Origin: Pseudovirgaria hyperparasitica
Lineage: Eukaryota
Direction: 5' to 3' (one strand)
Assembly: GCA_010093815.1 (NCBI GenBank)
Contig: ML996574.1
DNA length: 64,000 nt
Both the position numbers and the translations under genes were made by a program. Under the pieces are notes generated by a model. The model was not told the DNA's origin. It made no database searches and saw only the letters and a program-made list of their open reading frames with translations. Shown one piece after another: positions 24,181 through 35,629 of this stretch; positions within the stretch are counted from its first letter, which is position 1, and every line of letters starts with the position of its first letter.

Positions 24181-25130
24181 CGCTTTCTGCGGTCTTCTTC
24201 CCACCATGAGCTGCGTTCTTCTTCCCACCATGAGCTGCGTTCTTCTTCCCACCATGAGCTGCGTTCTTCTTCCCACCGTGAGCTGCGTTCTTCTTCCCAC
24301 CGTGAGCTGCGTTCTTCTTCCCACCGTGAGCTGCGTTCTTCTTCCCACCGTGAGCTGCGTTCTTCTTCCATTCTTGAAACTTGGGGTCGTCGGGCTCTTT
24401 TGGCATGTGCGGGAAATTGGTGGGCCAGATTCTCTGGCCCAAGGCGATTTTGACGTTCAGCCCGCAGGGTGCGATTTCAAAGCTTGTGATGCGAAGCTGT
24501 GCCAGAGTTAGAATGGCGAGGGGTAACACACCATCGTGTGATGCGCTTACAAGGCAAGGTCTGGTCACTCTTCTGAATTGAACTTAGCGGCAATATCCTC
24601 TCTGAAATGCTGTATGATCACATTAGGGTCACATTGACCAGGCAAAATTGACCCGTATCGCTATTGAGCAGGTTGAATTTTGTCATGGCGCTTTTGCATG
24701 CGAGTAAGCATGTACGTATTGACGTCAACTAGCTTAGGTAGCGCTTTGTCTGGCCAAGGCGGGGTACCCAGTGGAATGTGTGGGTTCATGCTTTGATAAT
24801 CGAGAAGGTTGGGATTTGGCTTCACGATACCGTCGATTGATACATCAGCTCTTAACTCTTCGAATGTGTCTTCGTCATCATCGGCATGAATTGCCAGAAG
24901 CTCTGACGTGGTATTTCCGGTTAGGTATTGGTTAACGGTTAGAGAGCTGTTCGTAATCCGATGTTGGTTGATAGTAGAAGACTGGTCGATAGCAAAACCC
25001 GAATTCACATCAGGAGAGCAGGCAGTTGCGGAAAAAGTGGCTGAGTGGAGAGTAGAGGATATATTCGCCGTAGATGTAGCAAAGCTAGACTTGTCTGATT
25101 TCTTGAGCCCTGACCTCGTTCGTCATGGTC
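24181..25130 (-). pseudogene. Fragment (copy 2) of the GIY-YIG gene: N-terminus, same intron, catalytic core deleted
   Basis: AAKFNSEE.PDLAF|FASQALK with intron 24550-24497 matches 13041-13160, then jumps to IAPCGLNVKIALGQ.WPTNF.H.PKE. Confidence 0.8.
24193..24369. repeat. 24-bp minisatellite, 7 full units (KKNAAHGG on the minus strand)
   Basis: TCTTCTTCCCACCRTGAGCTGCGT x7; three A-variant units followed by four G-variant units. Confidence 0.97.
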
Positions 25131-25247
25131 ATCCCCAGAGTTAGGGATTACCCGTCTTTATTCGAAGAAGTGTGAATGATGTATTTGAAGGCATTCAAAT
25201 GTATTGTAAAGTGTGTAGAGAACTAAGTCTGTGAGACTCAGTCGAAG

Positions 25248-26450
25248 CTATTTAACCGTGGGGACACTAGTCCCCTTTAGGAAGTCGTGTCCCTCACTGT
25301 TAAGGGTGAACCCTGGGTATACTATTGGGTCAATGACCCGGAAGTATCCTCCCGGCGGCAACATGTTCCACCCCTCTCCCTCCCCATACCACAATGTGTG
25401 TGGCCAGGCCCCGTCCGCGCCTCCCTCCTCTCCCATCCTTGCGACGTCGAAGGCCTTGAGCGCTATCGACCACACCTTTGTATAGTCCAAGCAACCAGTC
25501 GCCCACTCCTCCACCCTAGATATCTTTCCCTGGTCCTCCATCCCCTCCACCATCGATCTCATCGACGGGAATCTCAACGGCTGATGTGCCCAATGGCACC
25601 AAACCATGTTCGAGTCTTGTGAGAAAAACGCGAACAGGCCAGCTCCATTGGTGAAAACACCATCGGCGAACAGGAAGGTACCGGCGCCGCTGAGTGCGCG
25701 AATCGGCGGAACAATCAGTGGTACTGTTGTGTATGTGACGTGCGTCATGTTGCAGTGCTCTAGGAGCGCAGCACGGAGCTCGGTGTAGGTATGAATGGGA
25801 TCTGGAGCGGTGTAGACTCGGATTGAAGTTTCCCATTCCATCCAGTGTCTGAGCTCAAGGATATTGTCGGATTCCTCGTCCGTCTCCTCCGACTCAGGGG
25901 TGGTAGCCTCCGGAATGGGTAAGGGGCCAGGAACGAAAGGTGCAAACTCAGCTGTGGTGGGCGTTACCGGACGGTTTTCATTTATAGTGAGAGTTGAGAA
26001 GCTAAGCCGGGGTGCCGTGGGAGTATCTGGGGTGTCTGTAGCTTCTTCGGGCTGCGAGACCGGCTGATCTGAGCTCGTGTCTGAGGGCTCTACTCTCTGG
26101 TTTTGGGGTGGATGCTGGGCCCAGATTGTTCTTGCTTCTGCATGTGATATCGCTTGAACTTGTGGGATAGAGTCGAAGTGTGCGCCTGAGGCTTGAAGAA
26201 GAACGAAGAGACGTTGAGCCACCTGTTCAACCTGCATTGCATGCACAAGCCCTGTGGCCCGCAGAAGTGATGCTTGTTGGGTGGCCATATGCCACCGGGT
26301 CTGACGCAAATCAACAGCGTCCACTGCTACACGGGGAAAGGGAGGCGGAAATGATCGAACAGGGGCTCCAGATCTTGAATATCTTGAGGACAAGCCGGTT
26401 AAAGGTACTGCTTGATTGGGAAACTGTCTGAAAGGAAGTTGGCGATCCAT
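25248..26450 (-). CDS. Hypothetical 400-aa protein of unknown function
   Basis: Uninterrupted ORF; Pro/Thr/Glu-rich middle, then a Trp-rich, globular-looking C-terminal half; no recognised motif. Confidence 0.6.
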   Translation of the reverse strand: MDRQLPFRQFPNQAVPLTGLSSRYSRSGAPVRSFPPPFPRVAVDAVDLRQTRWHMATQQASLLRATGLVHAMQVEQVAQRLFVLLQASGAHFDSIPQVQAISHAEARTIWAQHPPQNQRVEPSDTSSDQPVSQPEEATDTPDTPTAPRLSFSTLTINENRPVTPTTAEFAPFVPGPLPIPEATTPESEETDEESDNILELRHWMEWETSIRVYTAPDPIHTYTELRAALLEHCNMTHVTYTTVPLIVPPIRALSGAGTFLFADGVFTNGAGLFAFFSQDSNMVWCHWAHQPLRFPSMRSMVEGMEDQGKISRVEEWATGCLDYTKVWSIALKAFDVARMGEEGGADGAWPHTLWYGEGEGWNMLPPGGYFRVIDPIVYPGFTLNSEGHDFLKGTSVPTVK

Positions 26451-29400
26451 CTTGTGAGAGATTTAGTCGATGAACAACAGTGTCAAAAGTGTTCGAGGTC
26501 TCCGATGGTGATATGTGAGCTTAGAAAGTGATGCAGCTTGCGCGAAGCTAAGAGACGGCCGGAGGATTGCGGTTGCGACGTTTTCGCGGAGGTCAGTGTT
26601 ACGTGAAATCGTTCTCGAGTAAATGTCAATCTAGGAAACCCCCTAGCGGGTCATAGCTCGCAGTTGGAGCTGCATTATATGCGGCTCGTTACTATGCGAC
26701 CCTGAAGGCATAAATCTATTGCGAGATAGTAGCCTGATAGCTACTTTAAGCTTTTCAACTCTTCGACTTCCTCGATTTTCCAGTCGAATTCATCTAAAAG
26801 GGAGGTTCCGACTTTGCGGCTGTGGATGCTAGAAGTCCACTTTGATGGGAAGGGTCTACATGACACGCTTCCTCTCGTCGAAGTAGAAGAATACATACTC
26901 AATTTTCACGAAGAACCGTGGATACCTCGATAACATCTAGGCATGACCTTCTAAATGTGAGTTGTAAGATGATAGCCAATAAGTGTCTCCAACTGATGAA
27001 AATAGAGGAACTGCAAAGGGATTTTGCACAGAGACTAGAATTGTTCAGAGCTACGAGGGACGTCATTGTCATCCAGATGAAAAGAAGAGTGGATAATAAG
27101 CTCAGATAATGAAAGACGAACGTAACAATGAATGAAAAAGACCCTACAAAGAAATGTTCAAGACCAGTGGATCTGCGAATATATTCTCCAAGCAGATATC
27201 CCCCAGCCGGAACAACAGTCTTTACCTGCTCACAAGGATAGGCATTGCGAGGGAAGTCAGGAGCAGAAAGACAATATCGTTATGAAACACAGGTGAGACT
27301 CGATTCAAGAAAGAAAGGGAAGGCCATTACCAACAGCAGCAAAGTCGACCCGATCTTATCCCAGAAAAAGAATGAAGATATATCTCAGTTCGAAGTACAT
27401 ACAGGCGAAGAGAACACTAGGCATATTTGTACTAGCAATAAGGTACAAGTCGCGCTTTCTATAGCAATAAATCCTCGCACGAAACTGAACTAAGAAATCG
27501 AAGACGAGGTTTACTTACGTGGCGACCGTATTCCTCCCAAGGCACGAAAGAAGATGACCGAGGCCATGGTTTTAGCCAAGAGCTAAGAAGGAGAACAGTA
27601 CGACTTTATGTTCAGCGTCACTGTAGGATGAGATAGCTGAACGATTTGAATACCCAATATGAGTCACTGCTGTCACTCGCACAGCCTACTGTCATACGCG
27701 AATATTGCGTTGCGCTGAGCTGGACTCATGCATACAAACGCAACGTTAGGGAATTATAAAACGGGGACGAACGTATCAGAAGAAGGAAATATGGGTATGT
27801 TGCGCTTGATAAATTACGAATCCCGCCCTTCAATTCGACGGGCCCGTACTCAAAGATCGTCGCGGTCGCTCTTGTCTCTTACGATCCTGGCCGCAAACGG
27901 ACAGGTGCATCCAGCTCGAAGTCAACGCATGGAAGCAGGAGACTGAGCGAGGCATGAGACTGCAATTAGTACTTCTCCCAAGATAGAGATATACAAGAAG
28001 TGATGTTTCAAGTAAGGTGCTTGTAGGCTGCGAGCTCGAATGAACATATTTAGGTGCTTGTCACCTCACGAAGTAGAGTTGTTTGCTCTAGAGTTTATGA
28101 GGCAGTCGATACACATATGGTACGTCTGAACATAGTAATATGAATAATTGACACTTATATCGTGATCTAGTGTGTAAACAAAGGAAAGCATGAAGCTGTT
28201 AATCGCGACAAGAGATTTCCATTACAGTGGAGAATTTGAGGCTGAGTCATAACCACGTGATACCGCAATTTACAACGTCCAGAATGCCTCAGGCACTCAA
28301 ACACAAACATTTTATGACCAATGTCCGACAACTGTCCTCTTCTCCTCAATGAGCAGGCAACCCCCTTGCAACGTTTAGGATCGCTCAGCCATCATATCGA
28401 CCTGACTCGTCGAGCCGAGTCCATGACTCGTGACGTCGCTGCCTCGTGGACGATTCCTCAGCATACTTAAGCTACGATCGTCTTACATAGGCAAGCAAAT
28501 GGACCCGGAGCAATAATATAACGAGCGATGTGTAAATTTAGTGCTGAGATGATGCATCATGCATACACACCTAGACAATACGACGCTCAAAGTACCCTGC
28601 AAACTCGGATTTCTGGAGAGCAAAATGATCTAAATATGTATGCCTGCATTCTTCAAATATACAGAGCATTCGAGAGGCGTGTTCTAGTTTCTTCCAAGAC
28701 CATGAAGCGCTCATGCCAACGAAGGTATTATCTTTAGCAGCAGGGGTCCAATTGTGGCGCCATAGTGATTAGGCTATTAGCATAGAATGTATCTTGATCA
28801 TCGTTGTCGTTGAATGGCCTTAGGAGTGAGCGCTAGGTGACCCGATACTGGCTAGAAGCAACGAGATAGTGTCCAGTGTTATCATAAACCGCATCGAAAA
28901 CTAGAAAGTAAGCAGTTGTGGGAGATGACAACGACGGAAGTGCATTGGGAAAGAATTGATAGTCCATCAGATCTTACTCTGTTTGGTTATAGATGCGGCG
29001 GAGCTAGGCTTGACCAAGGTTCCGTAAATTAGTTTCATGGAAGCTAGGCCTCGAGACGACCTAGAAGCCCTATCGCAACTAGTGAGACAGAAGATTATAC
29101 ACTTATTGTCGTTGTAGTGAAGAAGAGAAGATGTTTCTATACAATGACTAGATTGTGGTTAGAGTTCGGTGTGTTAGGAACAAGTATAGACATGCTAAGC
29201 GTTCACTCATGTAGATTTGGCATAAGAAAAGATGAATACATTTTCTTCGAGAATTCTAGTTCTATAGTGTCCTATTTTCCAATCTGTCCAGATCCTTTGC
29301 AGCTTCCGACCTATACCAGAAAATATCCATGTATGATGTCCCTGTCAATCCGAATACATCCCTAACGGCATTTCTTAGCGTGCTGACAGGAAGTTCCATC

Positions 29401-29866
29401 TGAATGATCCCTTGCTTGAGACTTCTGGGCTCCATGGCAGGATCGTGAGCTGGGCGGTGACGTTGCCTATTGGGCACGGACTTCCGTAAAGTGAACAGAG
29501 AGTGACGCACACGCACCGATGGCTGCCTGGCACTCAGAAAAGCAGCTAGGCAACAGGGAGAAACCTTGTTCCTGATGATGGAAGCGAAGTGAAGGATCCG
29601 TGCCAGCATTTGGACAGCCACGGAGACGATGGTTGAAGCCAAACACTCCTTTAGCAATATAGGTGTAGGTGCAAGCCTAACGAGAGCATACCAGCAATAG
29701 GTACGATGAGGAACATGACCGATGGCAGAGCGTGTGTCGCATAGAGGACTGAACCTTAGAGGGTGTGGAAGGAATGATACGCTTGCTACGCTTGAAACTT
29801 ATGTTCGCTTTGTCTTCGGCGACGACGTCGCTCAGGCTCATCGCCATGCTATATGTGATGTCAACG

Positions 29867-31629
29867 TCATGAAAGGCCGATATCATCACCATCTTCATCA
29901 TCATAACCATCGTCGTCATCAAATCCCCCTTCCAGTTCTCCATCATCGCTCAACCCTTCAAAGCGCATGAACTTCTCATCTTTACTCTCTGTCCCCCATT
30001 CTACTACAAACCCGTCCTGCACCTCACAATCTTTCAGCACAGTCTTCTCATCAGCCTTTGCAGGCCCGCCCTCGACCTTGCATCTTCGTCCGAGGATACA
30101 CCCCGTGAGCTGGCAGTTCTCGCCTACCTCAGCCCCATCCATCAGCAAGCATCGCATCAATCGCGCGCCGGACCCGATCTTACACCCGGCACCGATAACG
30201 CTCTCTTTGACATTGCATTTCTCTTCGACGGTGACGTTCTCCGCGACAAGACATGTCTCGCGCGCAACTGTGCATCGCTGCGGGATTGCCTCTTCGTGTG
30301 CAATCTTGGCGATATGCGCGAAGGGCGACGCGTCCTTACCTGCCTCCGCAATCGAGGGTAGTTTCGCAAGGCGGAGGGAGATGCTGAGGAGTAGGTGCGC
30401 AGTGTCTACACGGCGGATCAGGGGCAAAGCGGAGTCTTGCGGCTGAACGTAGGCAAGGATAGGGGGGATTGTTACTGAGGACTTTTGTAGTGTCTGAGGG
30501 GCGCCAGAGACGCGGGATGCAAAAGATTTCGGAGCGACAGGGGCGTCTTGGGAAGGGATCCAGGTACTGATGAGGTTCGTGAGGTCGACCTGTTCAGAAA
30601 TCGGGCCGCCGGCGCCGAAGCTTTCTTCTCCATCAGCGCTGCTGGGACGGTGGAATATGTTGTCCAAACCGAGCTTCTCACTTAGACCATCTTGCCATCC
30701 CGCTTTAGCCCACCAGCCGAGAACGTCTTCAGCGATACTGTCAAACTTCTCGTTGTTTTTAATCATTTCAAGGACCCAAAAGGGGAGGAAGTAAATGTGG
30801 GCGTCACGGTAGGTCGTGAGCATTCGTGTTTTGGCGTGTTTCTTGACGAGAGCATGCCTTATCGGGAGGCATTTCTTTTCTTCTATAATGTCTTTGAGGG
30901 TATCTGTCGGAAGGGTATAGACTAAATTCGCGAGATCTTGCCGGAGAGATGCTGACGGTGATGCTACAAGGGGCTTCGGTAGCGGGGCAGTTGCTATGAA
31001 GTCTGTCTCCTCCCCTTTGATGCTTCCTTCTCCTTTAGTGTTATACCATACCCCTAGACCCCCTCTTCTGCCATGTTTCTCACCACCATAGCCCATTGGC
31101 ATTCCTGACCCTCCAGTCGCGGCGCCTAGTCCGGCCTCTTGGACCATCCATTGCTCCACAAGATCGCTCCCATCAAGCTCACATACCAAGTCGCATGGGA
31201 GTACTATGAAGTCGCTTGTTATGGCAGCTTGTACCTCAGGTAGCCGAAACATCTCAGCGGTTCCAGTAGTCAGTGTCAGGTCCTTGGGTGCTAGTATATC
31301 GGGCTTATGCGATATGAGAGAGGTGAGGTGAGGGTTTTGCGAAAGAGCCGCGCTTATGGCAGCTTCAGACTCGGGTGGGGTTACAAGAGTGATATCTGAG
31401 AATCACGTCAGCGTTCTTCGGCCAGAGAAGTTCTTCAGGTCCATATTGCACCTGTAACCCCCATGCGTATGCACCATTCTATGGAGTACCACACCATGGG
31501 CCGATTCGCGACTGGCACCAAGGCCTTGGGAAAGTCTTCTGGACTTGAAGTGAAGGTATTAAGGGAAGCACCTGGTCCGCATAATATCAAAGCCTGGAAG
31601 CCCGGCGAGGGCAGAGTCGCATGCGGCAT
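29867..31629 (-). CDS. GCD1: Translation initiation factor eIF2B gamma subunit
   Basis: FQALILCGPG..PKALVPVANRPMVWY, intron 31451-31396, LPCDL, DAHIYF, C-terminal hexapeptide beta-helix and acidic tail. Confidence 0.92.
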
Positions 31630-32919
31630 GTCTGCGGACTTGAACTGATGGAAGAGCACTAAGATGTGGTCGGGGAAGTGAGGAGATCTGCTACGCAAAC
31701 GTAATCTGAGTAATTTACCAGTTATGAATATTGGTACTGAACAGAATGGACCTGCTCACGGTTTGGAGAGTGCTTACACGAAAAAGATGAAGCTTGACTC
31801 GAAATTAGAGCCCCACATGAACAGAATGGAGTCATCTAATCTAATCTGATCTAATCTTCTAGGCTTTTAATCGGCGATATTTCGGCTAAATGGCCAGCCA
31901 CCAACTACCGTCCCTGCAGATAGACAGCCAACAAGCAACAGATATCCCTGACCCTCTTATTCGGATTAGCATGAAACCGCGAACGTCACGAACGCCGAAT
32001 CGGTCCCAATCATTACATATAGATCCTTTGGGTGCCTGTGCTTCGATAGATCCAGATAGCAGATAGCAAAGGCACTACGGATTCTCCGATCAGAGCTACA
32101 GCAGCAACACACAGCGCGCAACGCACTGAATACCTGCAGTCTGATCAATATTTGGTTAATAGGGTGTTCTCAACAGACTGAAACCTACTGCTGTCATGCG
32201 GCACAGCAACAGGGGAGGACGCTATATCACTCTCCTGTTCCCGCGCTGCACCCCGCAAAGCCACAGCATCACGACTCGTATTCCCCTAGCATGGAACAAT
32301 ATCCGACCCCAGCTGCGCTCACGAGTCACGTCTTGGGTTTTAGCCAGAGCGTCACGAAGAGTCGGTTTCTCTTGAACGTTGGCTTCGATGTGCTGAACGA
32401 ATGTAGCAAGATCATGATGAGGAACGATTGTTGTTCTATTGTGTTCTTGGAATACCAACCAACATGTTCCATGACTGCATCCTGCATTACCGCGCCAGGA
32501 TTACGGGCCGATATTATAGCGGCATTTTCGTGGTTGACATTCACACAATCGGGGTTTGATTGGGCGGGATGTCAGCATTCTTTCGTCTTAGCCGCTTTAG
32601 TCGTCAGCGACCGTCAAAAAGGAACCGAAGATATGCTATGAATGGGCTCCGGCTCCAGGTAAATCCACTCAACAGGTCAGGGTAATGTCCACGTGTGGGG
32701 AACGGCACTGAACTACCTGGATCGTACGCCAAGGAACAATAAACTCTGCCTTGCTCAACGCTGTATTAAGTCGTCGTTCGTCTCAGCGACTTCATACCGT
32801 ACGTATCTCGCCTTTCTACCCAGCTACATCTTCTGACGCCATCAACTGTATATCTTGTTGAATAAACCGCAGAGTAATTAATCTTCGTCTGTAGCCAGCC
32901 CAGGTGGATTCGCGCCACT

Positions 32920-34530
32920 ATGGCTGCCTCCAACAGCTCACCCATTCTACGAGGGTCGAGCGAAATAGACGGCAAGTTTGTCCAAGAGGTCTCTCACGCA
33001 GAAACAGCCATCAAGCCGGACAGAGGCATGGAGGCACCACCACTGGTGCGAGATCTTACCCCAGAAGGCCGCATTGCTCTGGAAAAGAAGCTGAAGCGCA
33101 AAATTGATCTTCGTCTCATGCCAATGGCTATTCTCATGTACATCATGAACTATCTCGACCGCAATAACATCGCCGCAGTACGACTTGCAGGCCTGCAGAC
33201 CGAGCTAAGACTTACCAGTGTTCAATACCAAACAACTGTCAGCATATTGTTTGTGGGTTACATCCTCATGCAGATTCCGTCAAATCTTCTTCTCAATAAG
33301 ATTGGTCTTCCCGCCGTCTATCTCCCATCTTGCATGGTTGTCTGGGGCATCGTATCGGGCGCTACAGCCGGATGCCATAACTATGGCGGCCTTCTTGCCA
33401 TTCGTTTCTTCTTGGGTTTCGTCGAGGCCGCGTACTTTCCTGGTTGTCTCTTTTACCTCAGTTCCTGGTACACGCGCAAGGAACTCGGCTTCCGCACTGC
33501 AATCTTGTATTCTGGATCCTTGCTATCGGGGGCCTTTGGCGGTCTCATCACTGCCGGCATCACCGGTAACATGGACGGCACCGCTGGTCTCCGGGCCTGG
33601 CGCTGGGTGTTTATCATCGAAGGTGCCATCACCGTCGTCATTGCCTCGGCCGCTTTCTTCATCCTACCCAATTTCCCGCGAACAACCAAGTGGCTCACCG
33701 AAGAAGAGCGCCAACTCGCCGTCTGGCGCCTACAGGAAGACATTGGGGAGGATGACTGGGTGTCTAGCTCCGATCAAAGCTTCTTCCACGGACTCAAGCT
33801 CGCTGTCCTCGACATCAAGGTCTGGATCCTGATGGTCATGCTCCTTGGCACCGTGTCCTCAGCTTCTGTGACGAATTTCTTCCCAACCGTTGTCGCGACT
33901 CTCGGCTACGGTCGTGTGGAAACGCTTCTTCTTACATCGCCTCCTTATGTTCTGGCGGTCATCTGTACATTTGTCAACGCGTGGCATGCCGACCGGACCG
34001 GCGAGCGATTCTACCACGTTATTCTACCCGCGTTTGTTGGCATCGCAGCGTTCATCATTGCAGCGGCGACTACCAATACCGCTGCTCGATATCTAAGCAT
34101 GATGCTCATGTTACCTGGTGTATACACAGGATACGTAGTCCAACTGGCATGGATATCGAACTGTATCCCACGACCGCCAGACAAACGTGCTGCATCACTA
34201 GCATTGGTCAACGCAGTTTCGAACGCCAGTAGTATCTATGCGAGTTATATGTATCCACAGCCAATGAGTGGCGAGCGTAAGTTATCCGTCTCGTCTTGGT
34301 GGCTCGGAGAAGCAAAGTTAATCATATGCACAGCAATTGACCTTGTAGTTCCAATGAGCGTGGACTGCGCGACGCTATTTTTAGCCGTTTGTATGGCAGT
34401 GCTACTGAGATTTATCCTTGTTCGGTTGAATAAGAGATTGGATCGCGGGGAACATGTCGAGGGTGCTATCAATTCTGGTGCAGCTATCCCGGGTGAGGCA
34501 GCGAGCAAAGGATTCAGATTCTTGCTGTGA
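32920..34530 (+). CDS. MFS transporter, DAL5/TNA1 (anion:cation symporter) family
   Basis: KIDLRLMP, YLDRNNI, LSSWYTRKEL, WRWVFIIEG; probable in-frame intron 34277-34333. Confidence 0.92.
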   Translation: MAASNSSPILRGSSEIDGKFVQEVSHAETAIKPDRGMEAPPLVRDLTPEGRIALEKKLKRKIDLRLMPMAILMYIMNYLDRNNIAAVRLAGLQTELRLTSVQYQTTVSILFVGYILMQIPSNLLLNKIGLPAVYLPSCMVVWGIVSGATAGCHNYGGLLAIRFFLGFVEAAYFPGCLFYLSSWYTRKELGFRTAILYSGSLLSGAFGGLITAGITGNMDGTAGLRAWRWVFIIEGAITVVIASAAFFILPNFPRTTKWLTEEERQLAVWRLQEDIGEDDWVSSSDQSFFHGLKLAVLDIKVWILMVMLLGTVSSASVTNFFPTVVATLGYGRVETLLLTSPPYVLAVICTFVNAWHADRTGERFYHVILPAFVGIAAFIIAAATTNTAARYLSMMLMLPGVYTGYVVQLAWISNCIPRPPDKRAASLALVNAVSNASSIYASYMYPQPMSGERKLSVSSWWLGEAKLIICTAIDLVVPMSVDCATLFLAVCMAVLLRFILVRLNKRLDRGEHVEGAINSGAAIPGEAASKGFRFLL

Positions 34531-34901
34531 TCATGTAGATCGAGGTACCGATTCAATTGCACCCGATTGTGATAGGTATAACCATTGTATATACTTTTGA
34601 AAGAGCTGGAAAACTGGACATGGTTAGATAATTGATCTCAATAGCACATCGTTCTGTTCCTTCTCAAGACATGTACAGTTTCAGTGTATAAGAGACGCTG
34701 TCGAAATCACAAACAAAACTCACAGTCGACCTCCAATTCCGTCTTTTACTGATGCCTCAGGCAGCAACAAGCTTTGACCCATAAACCTCGAAAGCACTTT
34801 ACGGCCTCACCCATCGAGCTGATCATCTTTGTCGCAATGTAGTATTACACAGCCACTAGCCTAGCCCACTACATCCCCATATATCTCCCTATCGAGGCAG
34901 A

Positions 34902-35629
34902 ATGTACCACCTCTTCAAAGGCCTCTACCTCTACGCAACAAGCAAAGAAGGTTAAGCCACTAAACACCACGTCGCATCCCAACCAACCCGCTAACGTCAA
35001 CCACACCAGAATACTCAATCCTTCTCCTCGGTCTCGATAACGCCGGCAAAACTACCCTACTCGAACAAATCAAAGCGCACCACTCCAACTCCCTGCATCC
35101 CAACCTCAAGACCGTCCCGACGGTCGGTCAGAACGTCGCAACCGTGACACGCCCGGAGCTATACCTCAAGATCTGGGACGTCGGCGGGCAGCACTCGCTG
35201 CGCGGGCTATGGCAGAGTTACTATTCTTCGTGCCACGCAATCGTGTTCGTCATCGACAGCACCGATGTCGGCGACGCAGACGTCACGAAGCTGGCCTCGC
35301 TAAGTCCCGTCGAGGCGGATAGCGAGGCGGTCGGGAGGCTGGACGAGTGTCGGATGGTACTGGAAGATGTGCTACAGAATGAGGATGCAGAGGGGGTGCC
35401 GGTGTTAGTGTTGGCGAACAAGCAGGACCGTGAGGACTGTGTCGAGGTGGTGAGGATTAAGGAGGGGCTGGTGAGGAAGGTGTTTGAGGGGGAGAAGGGG
35501 GGCAATGTGAGGGATAGTAGGGTATTGCCATGTAGTGCATTGACGGGCACAGGCGTTCAGGAGGCTGTGGAGTGGTTGTGTAGTAGGGTGAAGTGGAATA
35601 AAGAGAGTCGGCCGCCGGTTATGAGGTGA
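34902..35629 (+). CDS. ARL3: ARF-like GTPase Arl3/ARFRP1
   Basis: MYHLFKGLY..SKE|EYSILLLGLDNAGKTT (intron 34951-35009), WDVGGQ, ANKQD, CSALTG. Confidence 0.92.

Noticed and set aside
24193..24369. CRISPR-like array
   Set aside because: Head-to-tail repeats with no spacers, in a eukaryotic context
26800..27700. Purine-rich broken frames suggesting a decayed gene
   Set aside because: No identifiable motif; a call cannot be supported
12170..29000. Calling the island a Starship or Penelope element
   Set aside because: No recognisable DUF3435 tyrosine recombinase, reverse transcriptase, or terminal direct repeats seen
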